A stretch of DNA of 64,000 nt from Ignavibacteriales bacterium (lineage in GTDB: Bacteria > Bacteroidota > Ignavibacteria > UBA10030). The translations under genes and the position numbers were made by a program. The stretch spans positions 41,860 through 105,859 of the forward strand of contig JAPLFQ010000019.1 of the NCBI GenBank assembly GCA_026390595.1, written 5' to 3'. Positions 39,453 through 49,703 of the stretch are shown piece by piece. Within the stretch, counting starts at the first letter, position 1. Each line of letters begins with the position of its first letter. The notes under the pieces were generated by a model. That model was not told the DNA's origin. It did no database searches and saw only the letters and a program-made list of their open reading frames with translations.

Positions 39453-40529
39453 AATCAGCTATGAAATGCTGTTGGAGAATCCCTGCGGTATGTCTGTTCT
39501 TGTTCGCTTCAGGTCAAGCGGCGGTCGCTGCCGGCAGTTTTGCCGGGAAGTCTTCGCCTTGAATCGTACCGGCCGGTTGGTCTGGTGCGGACGTCCGAAC
39601 AAGCAAAAAGGAACGACAAGGATGGTCACAAGGTCATCGGTGCAATCAATGCAGATTTCTTCAGCTTCAAGACAGGCTGGCCGGTCAATAACCAGGTTCG
39701 GAACGGTGAATTTGTTTTCGGAACGCAGACGCAACGTTCACATTTCATACTGGACGACCAAAACAGGCCGCATATCGAACGGACGAGCTTCGATGGGTGG
39801 GCCGGACGTCCCAGGGGAAACAAGTTTAGAATAGCCGGCGTGAACGATGTTCACAGCGATAGCGTAATCATCCTTCACACTTCCTTCTCCGATTCGGCAA
39901 CGAGCTCGACCGGCAAGGGAAGAACCGTCTCGCTCACTCTTCTCAACTCCTCATGGTCGGTCTGTGACACCATGCGGATGATCGTGAGCGGTGCTGGTTC
40001 TGAAGATCTGAAGAACATCTCTTCCGGCAGGGCTGTACTCTGGATCGGCAATGGGGCCTCCGTTTCCGCGGCAGCAGAAGAAATGAAATCGGGAGACACT
40101 CTGCTCGTCTATCTCGGAGTCCGCCCGGTCGTCAGAAATGCCAAAACAATTCTCGGCGGATTTGGCAAAATTGTGTCAGATGGCCGTCCTGTCAGCGACA
40201 GTACGAACCTGGAGGAGAAGACAAATCTCAATTTCCTGACTGCAAGACACCCCAGGACGTTCGTCGGATTCGATCGGGACTCGACGAAACTATACCTCTG
40301 CGTTGTCGACGGCCGCCAGCAGAAGAGCGTCGGCATGAATTTCCGAGAGATGGCGGATTTCCTCGTTTCGATCGGAGTCTGGAACGCCGTCAATTTCGAC
40401 GGAGGGGGCTCCACGACGATGGTCTTGCAGGGGAGGATCGTCAACTCCCCCTCGGACGTGACAGGCGAACGCCCGGTTGCCAATACGTTGCAGATTATCG
40501 AACTCGGTCCACCGGGCAATGCCCGGTGA
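39449..40529 (+). pseudogene. Phosphodiester glycosidase (NAGPA/DUF2233) family gene, apparently frameshifted or deleted near its 5' end
   Basis: Catalytic ORF 39540..40529 (AINADFF, HPRTFVG, VVDGRQ, AVNFDGGGSTTM, ERPVAN) has only a TTG start and no SD. A signal-peptide ORF 39449..39562 is in a different frame. Confidence 0.6.
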
Positions 40530-40623
40530 GTCAGAAGTGGAGTGCTTCGAATCTGAAAATGAGTCAGGTCCAAACATGAAACCCATTTATCGAAAGGTAC
40601 AAGCCGTGTCAAGACTCGGAATA

Positions 40624-41955
40624 ATGAGATTGATGGTCGTGTTCTGTCTCGCACTGGTTGCTTCAGTCCAGTCACGGGCGCAGACGGTCAAATCCCCGCT
40701 CCCTTCACTGCGCGAGCAGGACGCGGTCCAGCAGGAATGGCTCAAACTCCGCCTCGAGCGCGTCCTTCCGTCTCTCATGAGAGCGCACAAGGTCCAGATG
40801 TGGATTGTCCCCATGCGTGAATACAATGAGGATCCGGTGTTCTCCTCTCTGGTCTCCGCTACTACATTCTCTGCGCGGCGTCGGACAATCTATGTGTTTT
40901 CTGACCGCGGACCTGAAAAGGGGCTGGAACGATTGGCTCTTGGAGGTTCGTCTCAGGGTGGGCTCTACTCTGCCTATCGGGATACCACTCTGAAGAACGC
41001 AGAACTGATCGGCGACGTACAATGGAAACTGCTCTCGAAACTTGTTGCAGAGAGAGATCCCGGAACCATATCGGTCAACATCTCCTCAGTCCATGCATTT
41101 TCTGACGGTTTGAGTGCCGGGGAGTGGGAGCAGTTGCAGAAGGCTCTCGGGCCAAAGTACCTCCCCAGGGTCATTCGGGCAGACCGGCTGCCCCTCGACT
41201 ACATCGCAACTCGGCTCCCTGAAATGCTCCAGGTCTATGAGGAGATGATGCGGACAGTGCATGCCATCATCGGAGAAGCTTTCTCAAGTTCAGTCATCAC
41301 TCCCGGAAAGACCACCACGCAGGACGTGGTCTGGTGGATGAGGCAGAAGATCCAGCAATTGGGAATGACAACCTGGTTCCAGCCCTCAGTGGATATCCAA
41401 CGGTTCGGCGCTGACCTGTCCGGAACACCAAATCCGGTCATCGAGAGGGGAGATGTTCTCCATTGCGATTTCGGGATTACAGGAATGAGGCTCAACACAG
41501 ATACCCAGCATATGGCATACGTCCTGAATCAGGGCGAAGCTGACGTTCCGTCAGGTATACAGCACACTTTGTCTGTGAGCAACAGGCTTCAGGACATCGT
41601 CGTGAGCTCAATGAAGGTAGGTCTGACGGGTAATCAAATCCTGGCTCAATCACTTGCTGAGATGAGGAAGGCAGGAATCGACGGGTCAGTGTATTCACAT
41701 CCCATCGGGGAGCACGGTCATGGGGCTGGGACTTTGATCGGACTTTGGGATCGGCAGAATGGGGTCCCGGATCGTGGCGATGTCCCGGTCATTCCGAATA
41801 CCTGGTACTCAATAGAACTTCAGGCTGGAACAAAAGTCCCCGAGTGGAACAACCAGGTGGTACGGTCAGCTCAGGAAGAGGACGTGATTGTTGATGGCGA
41901 TGGAACAGTTCGGTGGGTCATTGGCCGGCAGACGCAGTTCCACCTTATCAGGTAG
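40624..41955 (+). CDS. Secreted M24 family metallopeptidase (Xaa-Pro aminopeptidase-like); start 40576 or 40624
   Basis: GDVLHCDFG, TDTQH, YSHPIG.HGHGAG, SIEL, EEDV. Confidence 0.88.
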   Translation: MRLMVVFCLALVASVQSRAQTVKSPLPSLREQDAVQQEWLKLRLERVLPSLMRAHKVQMWIVPMREYNEDPVFSSLVSATTFSARRRTIYVFSDRGPEKGLERLALGGSSQGGLYSAYRDTTLKNAELIGDVQWKLLSKLVAERDPGTISVNISSVHAFSDGLSAGEWEQLQKALGPKYLPRVIRADRLPLDYIATRLPEMLQVYEEMMRTVHAIIGEAFSSSVITPGKTTTQDVVWWMRQKIQQLGMTTWFQPSVDIQRFGADLSGTPNPVIERGDVLHCDFGITGMRLNTDTQHMAYVLNQGEADVPSGIQHTLSVSNRLQDIVVSSMKVGLTGNQILAQSLAEMRKAGIDGSVYSHPIGEHGHGAGTLIGLWDRQNGVPDRGDVPVIPNTWYSIELQAGTKVPEWNNQVVRSAQEEDVIVDGDGTVRWVIGRQTQFHLIR

Positions 41956-42035
41956 GCAGCCCCGCTCTCGCAGCTGATACAATGCCCAAAAATTCGCTAA
42001 TTTTGGGGTTTTCTATTTGCTGGAATGCTCAAGCC

Positions 42036-42064
42036 TTGACTTTGTCATGGCAACCAAGTACATT
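42036..42064 (+). promoter_or_regulatory. sigma70-type promoter
   Basis: TTGACT-N17-TACATT. Confidence 0.6.
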
Positions 42065-42186
42065 GTAGGGGTAAACAGTGGAGCTACCGTCCATTGAAGT
42101 TTCGTGGTAATGGAGATTGCTCACTCAGAATTGGAACTTGTTGATTTCAAAGCGGTTGGTATTGTGGTTATAGGGGGGAGGCTTCT

Positions 42187-42993
42187 ATGCGACGAAACCG
42201 ATTTGCTGACGCAGGAAAAGAGAAAGTTACGCATCAAGGGGGATATTTGAGTTTAGAAAACATCAATAAAATCAAGGGTTTTCTGCTGTCCGGCGGATTG
42301 CTTATCGCCTTGCTCTCATTGACTGGATGTTTCCAGCCCGAGTCATCGTTGGCTCACAAGACCGATGACATCAAAGCCACCTTCGCGGGGGAGCATCCCG
42401 GTGGTCGGCTGGCATCAGTAGACCAGCGGACGGAGTATTCGCTCCAGCGATATGGATCGATGGTCCGCAATTACTCCAACAGATATGAGCTGGACTGGCG
42501 GCTGGTAATGGCGGTGATGAGGCATGAGTCCAGGTTTATGGCCAACGCTGTGAGCAATAGGGGGGCCTTCGGATTGATGCAGATAATGCCAGCCACTCAG
42601 CTGGAATTGGCCGGGAAACTGGGGGTCAATGAAACCGAGACTCCTTCGAACAATATAAAAGCCGGGGCATTTCACCTTCAACAGCTGTATCGAGCCATCG
42701 ATGCATCTGATGAGGATAACCACATAAGACTGACCCTGGCAAGCTACAATGCCGGTCTGAACCGGATTCACGACGCACAGGATGTCGCCGCTTACCTGGG
42801 TGACGATCCCAACAAATGGGAATCGGTGAAGACCGCACTTCCTCTCCTATCGAGACGATATCAGAGTCTCCATCGCAGCATCTGGCAATCAGGCAAGCCG
42901 AGTGCCGGGTATTTCACCGATTGGCACCAGACTATCGGATACGTCGAATCGGTGATGTCGCACTACAGCCATTATCAGGTGGCACTCAGGTAG
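42187..42993 (+). CDS. SLT-domain lytic transglycosylase (MltF-like catalytic domain), probable lipoprotein
   Basis: LTGC lipobox. DWRLVMA...HESRF, GAFGLMQIMP, LASYNAG...DA; no solute-binding domain. Confidence 0.88.
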   Translation: MRRNRFADAGKEKVTHQGGYLSLENINKIKGFLLSGGLLIALLSLTGCFQPESSLAHKTDDIKATFAGEHPGGRLASVDQRTEYSLQRYGSMVRNYSNRYELDWRLVMAVMRHESRFMANAVSNRGAFGLMQIMPATQLELAGKLGVNETETPSNNIKAGAFHLQQLYRAIDASDEDNHIRLTLASYNAGLNRIHDAQDVAAYLGDDPNKWESVKTALPLLSRRYQSLHRSIWQSGKPSAGYFTDWHQTIGYVESVMSHYSHYQVALR

Positions 42994-43139
42994 ATTAGTA
43001 CCATGCTGCCTTTCCATCATTCGTCAGGAGTCGATTCTCATGGCGAATGGCAACCCCCCCTTTCAGACTACTGAGCGACGTCGTTTCTGTCGATACTACC
43101 TACAAGCGGGAAGGTGTTTGACAGAGGAAACAGCGGCGT

Positions 43140-43168
43140 TTGATAATCCCCATTGAAATGAATATATT
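43140..43168 (+). promoter_or_regulatory. sigma70-type promoter, probably giving a leaderless mRNA
   Basis: TTGATA-N17-TATATT ends 8 nt before ATG 43177; no SD. Confidence 0.5.
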
Positions 43169-43176
43169 CCTTCAGA

Positions 43177-44199
43177 ATGATCAACTTTGAAAAAGGAAAT
43201 ATCCGGGTTCCCGAACTCTTCGGGAATTTCTGGCTGAACTCAGAGCCGGTGAGTTTGAGGGACCTCAGGGGCAATGTCGCCCTTATCGACTTCTGGGACT
43301 ACTCGAATGCCAACAGCCTGAGGACCCTTTACTACGTCAAGGGATGGTTCGATCGCTACAAGGAATTCGATCTGGCGGTCATAGGAGTTCACACGCCGCA
43401 GTTCGCTTTTGGAAAGAATCCTGAAAACGTCGAGGATGCCCTGAAGCGACTGGGAATCGAATACCCGGTGGTGATGGATAATGATGCGATCATATGGACG
43501 GCGTATTCGAACAGGATCTGGCCGACAAGGTACCTCATCGACAGGGATGGATTCGTTCGCTATTCACATCCCGGAGAAGGGGGTTACGATAGCTTTGAAC
43601 GGGCACTCCAGGCTCTTCTGATCGAAGCGGGCTATCGTGGAGTTTTCCCCGATCATATTCCGCCGGCCCGTGATACTGATTTTGCCGGAGCACTCTGTTT
43701 CCGTGCGACTGGAGAAATCCAGCTCGGATATCTGAGAGGGACGCTCGGTAATCCTGAGGGGCACGGACCAGAATCGACGATTCTGTACGATGACCAGGGT
43801 TTCCATCTCGCCGGACGGGTTTACCTCAAGGGAAAATGGTTCAATGAACGGGAGGGGGTCCGGTTCAACGGCGAAGCGGGTGAAGAGGGGGGCGTATCGT
43901 TCACCTACGAAGCGTGCGAAGTGAGTGTCGTGATGAGCCACGACGGCGTAGGTTTCGGAAAAGTGTTTGCAACGCAGGACAAGAAACCGCTCACAAAAGA
44001 AAATGCGGGAGCGGATGTCCGGTTTGACGAGAACGGTCTCAGTTTCATCCTGGTGGACCGGCCGCGGGATTTCAACATTGTTTCTCATCAGGAGTTCGGT
44101 GAGCACGAAATTGCTCTGACAACGCAAACGCCCGGGCTGGCATTATTCATCATCAGTTTCCTGACGGGTGTGATTCCTGAACTCGTGTCCAGAAACTGA
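43177..44199 (+). CDS. DipZ/redoxin-like thioredoxin-fold protein lacking CxxC
   Basis: WLNSEP, LRG.VALIDFWDYS, VIGVHTP.F, YPVVMDN, WP..YLID.DG, GEGGY, plus a DipZ-like C-terminal domain. Confidence 0.85.
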   Translation: MINFEKGNIRVPELFGNFWLNSEPVSLRDLRGNVALIDFWDYSNANSLRTLYYVKGWFDRYKEFDLAVIGVHTPQFAFGKNPENVEDALKRLGIEYPVVMDNDAIIWTAYSNRIWPTRYLIDRDGFVRYSHPGEGGYDSFERALQALLIEAGYRGVFPDHIPPARDTDFAGALCFRATGEIQLGYLRGTLGNPEGHGPESTILYDDQGFHLAGRVYLKGKWFNEREGVRFNGEAGEEGGVSFTYEACEVSVVMSHDGVGFGKVFATQDKKPLTKENAGADVRFDENGLSFILVDRPRDFNIVSHQEFGEHEIALTTQTPGLALFIISFLTGVIPELVSRN

Positions 44200-44235
44200 T
44201 GTTCCGGGGCGGTCGCGTTGACGTTCCTCTTATCG

Positions 44236-44414
44236 GTTCTTTGAAGTGCGCAATCATGCAGTAGCCGGTGAATTGTCCGGATGGCTCATCTGAAGCAAGG
44301 ATGAGTACGATGCGGCAAATGACTAACATAATCCCACGCTCTGCGGACGAATGCCGAGCCGGAAAAAACAGCGAACCCAATCTGAAGAGATTCTGAAGAT
44401 TGGGTTTTTTTGTT
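44236..44414 (+). ncRNA. Candidate structured non-coding RNA ending in an intrinsic terminator
   Basis: Intergenic; starts GTTCTTTGAA, has a CTCATC/GATGAG hairpin, and ends in AACCCAATCT...AGATTGGGTT-TTTTT. Confidence 0.35.
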
Positions 44415-44456
44415 TCCGGGCCCGGTGCATCGACCTGCATCAATCTGGAGGAAATC

Positions 44457-45065
44457 ATGAAGACAACGATCGTTGCGAGTATGCTCCTCCTTGTCTGTTG
44501 CCTGCCTCTCACTGCTCTCGCTCAAAAGGAATCTTCAAACCTTGTCAAGAACGGGGACTTTGAGAAATTTACCGGAGAGAATCCGGAAGGGTGGGACACG
44601 TCCAACATCCCGGGCACGCTCACTGTCGTGTCTGCCTCAAAAACCTGCAAATCAGGGACGCATGCTGTCAAATGCGAAGTCAAAGACTTCTACGGCTCGA
44701 TAGTCGCAGGCTTCGTATGTCAGAAGAACCTCCCGACCGGTGGAAAGGACCTCCACCTCTCGGCAAGCTACATGGTGCACGCGGTTGGGAAGGACCAGGC
44801 GGTTATCGTCCTGTGTTTTCAGAACGCCGCAGGGAGTACGATCGGGACGGTGGAAGAGTACATCGAAGACACGAATTCAAAATGGTCCGAGTTCTCGAAG
44901 GAGTACAAATCGCCAGCCGGATCGGCGCTTGTTCATGTTCGGTTGACCATCCTCCCAAATAAAGAGAGCGAAAGGGCGCATCCGGGATCGTTTCTGATTT
45001 GTGACGACATGAAGATCGCGGCTCTGACACCCCCGGCACCGGCAGAAAAGCCCTTGATCCAATAG
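44457..45065 (+). CDS. Secreted carbohydrate-binding-module-like (CBM4/9-like) protein
   Basis: GGAGGA SD, signal peptide, NLVKNGDFE...PEGW, terminal ICDDM strand. Confidence 0.75.
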   Translation: MKTTIVASMLLLVCCLPLTALAQKESSNLVKNGDFEKFTGENPEGWDTSNIPGTLTVVSASKTCKSGTHAVKCEVKDFYGSIVAGFVCQKNLPTGGKDLHLSASYMVHAVGKDQAVIVLCFQNAAGSTIGTVEEYIEDTNSKWSEFSKEYKSPAGSALVHVRLTILPNKESERAHPGSFLICDDMKIAALTPPAPAEKPLIQ

Positions 45066-45204
45066 CGCAATTTCTCGGGCGGTCGGCTGCGAGCCGCCAC
45101 GGGCTCGCCGACTGAAAAGAAATCCTTCACGGTACGAGGGCGCACGTTCGATCTCCTCACATCCGGAATGTCGTGAGGCGGGTACGCTCACGGTTCTCCC
45201 TTCC

Positions 45205-45233
45205 TTGTATTTCCATCGAATTTTGGATACTAT
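45205..45233 (+). promoter_or_regulatory. sigma70-type promoter
   Basis: TTGTAT-N17-TACTAT. Confidence 0.5.
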
Positions 45234-45266
45234 CTCACACCAATCACAGCAATGCGGGCGAATTGA

Positions 45267-46295
45267 ATGAAATGTGTCCGAATTCACGAACATGGCGGTG
45301 TAGAGAAGCTTGTTTTCGAGGAAGTCCCCCGACCGGCGATAGGTCCAAATGACGTGCTCGTTCAGGTCAAGGCGACGTCTGTCAACCATCTCGACATCTG
45401 GGTAAGGCAGGGGCTGCCGGGTGTACGGTTCCCGTTGCCGATTATTCCCGGGGTTGACGCGTCCGGCGTCGTGGCAGAGTTGGGTGAGTCTGTCCGTCAC
45501 GTTTCTGTTGGCGAGAGGGTCGTCGTTGCGCAGGGGATTTCCTGCGGCCACTGCAAGCAGTGTCTGAATGGGGACGACAACCTTTGCAGGGAGTACAGAT
45601 TGATCGGCGAGCATAGGGATGGGGCGGATGCAGAGTACATCTCGGTCCCTGGAAGAAACGTTCTCAAGCTGCCGGAGTCTGTGAGTTGTGAGGCGGCGGC
45701 GGCATCCGCGTTGGTGTTCCTGACCGCCTGGCATATGCTTGTGAACAAAGCGAAAGTGCAGCCGGGGGACGATGTGCTGGTGATCGGAGCCAGCAGCGGT
45801 GTCGGAAGCGCCGGCCTGCAAATTGCCGGGATGCTGGGAGCCAGAGTCATCGCGACGACGAGCACGGAAGAAAAAGAAACGAAACTGAGGGAGCTCGGAG
45901 TCGACGAGGTCATCAACTACACGACGCATCGTGTCCTGGATCAAGTCCGCCGGCTAACTGACAAGAAAGGGGTCGAAGTCGTCTTTGATCATGTAGGCGT
46001 GAGTGTGTGGGAAGACAGCATCAAGGCGATGGCGAAGGGGGGACGCCTGGTCACGTGCGGTGCCACCTCGGGTTACGACGCGAAAACAGATTTGCGGTAC
46101 GTGTTCTACAAGCAGATTCAGATTCTTGGATCCACGATGGGCCGAAAAGGTGATCTCATCACAATTTTCAACCTCATCGAACGAGGCCTCCTGAAGCCGG
46201 TCATCGATCGCGTCCTGCCTCTCGAAGATGTGCGATCGGCACATCAGATCGTCGAGGCCGGGAAACACTTTGGGAAAGTTGTCTTGACTCCGTAA
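45267..46295 (+). CDS. Zinc-binding MDR dehydrogenase / quinone oxidoreductase-like
   Basis: VNHLD, PG.DASG, structural Zn CGHCKQC...C, GASSGVG, HFGKVVL. Confidence 0.9.
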   Translation: MKCVRIHEHGGVEKLVFEEVPRPAIGPNDVLVQVKATSVNHLDIWVRQGLPGVRFPLPIIPGVDASGVVAELGESVRHVSVGERVVVAQGISCGHCKQCLNGDDNLCREYRLIGEHRDGADAEYISVPGRNVLKLPESVSCEAAAASALVFLTAWHMLVNKAKVQPGDDVLVIGASSGVGSAGLQIAGMLGARVIATTSTEEKETKLRELGVDEVINYTTHRVLDQVRRLTDKKGVEVVFDHVGVSVWEDSIKAMAKGGRLVTCGATSGYDAKTDLRYVFYKQIQILGSTMGRKGDLITIFNLIERGLLKPVIDRVLPLEDVRSAHQIVEAGKHFGKVVLTP

Positions 46296-46558
46296 GGAGA
46301 TCCCGACGATCCATGGACTCGCTTCACTCGCTCGGGATATCGGGACGCGCAGAATGGACGCTGCTTCCCTAGCAGGCTTCGTGGCACTGTCAAATCCACA
46401 TCATCGCCCCTGGATATAAGAAAGAAGAACTTGGCTTTGCTGCAATTCCAGTTATCAACGGGTCGTAGTGCGAGGTATTGATTTCTGGAAGAGTCCAACT
46501 TGACCATTGTGAGAACAGTAGCTATCTTCCAGCCAGACCGAAGTACGGAGTAAAGGGA

Positions 46559-46999
46559 TTGGACAAGAAGAAGAATCAGCACATCGAGCGTTTTCGTGAG
46601 AAGTGCAAGGCTCTGGGATTGAACGTCACGCCTCAGCGTTTGGCAATCTACAAGGCCGTTGCGGGTGACGAGACGCACCCCAGTCCCGATGCCGTCTTCC
46701 GCCGCGTCAGGTCAAGTCACCCTACCATTTCTCACGCAACGGTCTACAAGACACTCGACACGTTTGAGCGGCACGGCATCATCTCGAAGCTGACACCCCT
46801 TCACGAGAGCGTTCGATACGATCCGATGACATCCCAACATCATCATATCGTCTGTGTGCGATGCAAGAAGGTCGTGAACCTGGCTGACGACGATTTGGAG
46901 GCCATCCATATTCCCTCACAAGTCAACCACGGCAACAAAGTCCTTGGATATAGTGTGCATTTTAGTGTGCTTTGTGCGTCATGCAAAGAGCGTGAATGA
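46559..46999 (+). CDS. perR: Fur family repressor, PerR-like (TTG start inferred)
   Basis: TPQRLAI, HPS, ISHATVYKTL, RYD, HHHIVCVRC, CASC; sits directly upstream of katG. Confidence 0.85.
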   Translation: MDKKKNQHIERFREKCKALGLNVTPQRLAIYKAVAGDETHPSPDAVFRRVRSSHPTISHATVYKTLDTFERHGIISKLTPLHESVRYDPMTSQHHHIVCVRCKKVVNLADDDLEAIHIPSQVNHGNKVLGYSVHFSVLCASCKERE

Positions 47000-47015
47000 T
47001 TTTTTTTGCGTTTCT

Positions 47016-49271
<2,256 letters not shown>

Positions 49272-49307
49272 TCGTGGTACAACGCTCCAGGATTTGGCGA
49301 AGGAAAC

Positions 49308-49349
49308 GAATGAGGCAATCCCGGACACACGGAATTGCCTCGTTCTTTT
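49308..49349 (+). terminator. Intrinsic terminator after katG
   Basis: GAATGAGGCAAT...ATTGCCTCGTTC-TTTT. Confidence 0.75.
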
Positions 49350-49501
49350 GGAGATACATATTGAACTGACCAGCGCTTCTAATTGTCAATCGACAATTAC
49401 TGTTTAGTCGTACCAAGCACCTTCACGAATCCGTGTGCTTCATGCCGCCAATCCGGACTCTGAAGGCAAGTTGCAGTTCGGGGCAAATGTCCTTAATTTA
49501 C

Positions 49502-49560
49502 GGTGTGGCAATTTGAACGACAGCTTGCGGCCACGCAGGGGGAAGGTGCTAAAGCGTCGG
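49502..49560 (+). ncRNA. SAM-II (SAM-alpha-like) riboswitch upstream of metH
   Basis: P1 GTGTGGC/GCCACGC, conserved ATTTG, TTGC and GCTAAA, pseudoknot CGAC/GTCG; the downstream gene is metH. Confidence 0.8.
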
Positions 49561-49579
49561 TGAGAATGTATGACCATTT

Positions 49580-49605
49580 GCCCGGCGTTCCGTGCCGGGT
49601 TTTTT
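49580..49605 (+). terminator. Riboswitch expression-platform terminator
   Basis: GCCCGGC-GTTCCGT-GCCGGGT-TTTTT. Confidence 0.7.
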
Positions 49606-49703
49606 GTTCATCAGCAGTACTTTCGATGTTCAATCGTCAGATCATCCGATGGCCTGATCACCCGATACTCCAATAACCTGAATTCAAAAGCCAAATCGCA
49701 TTG

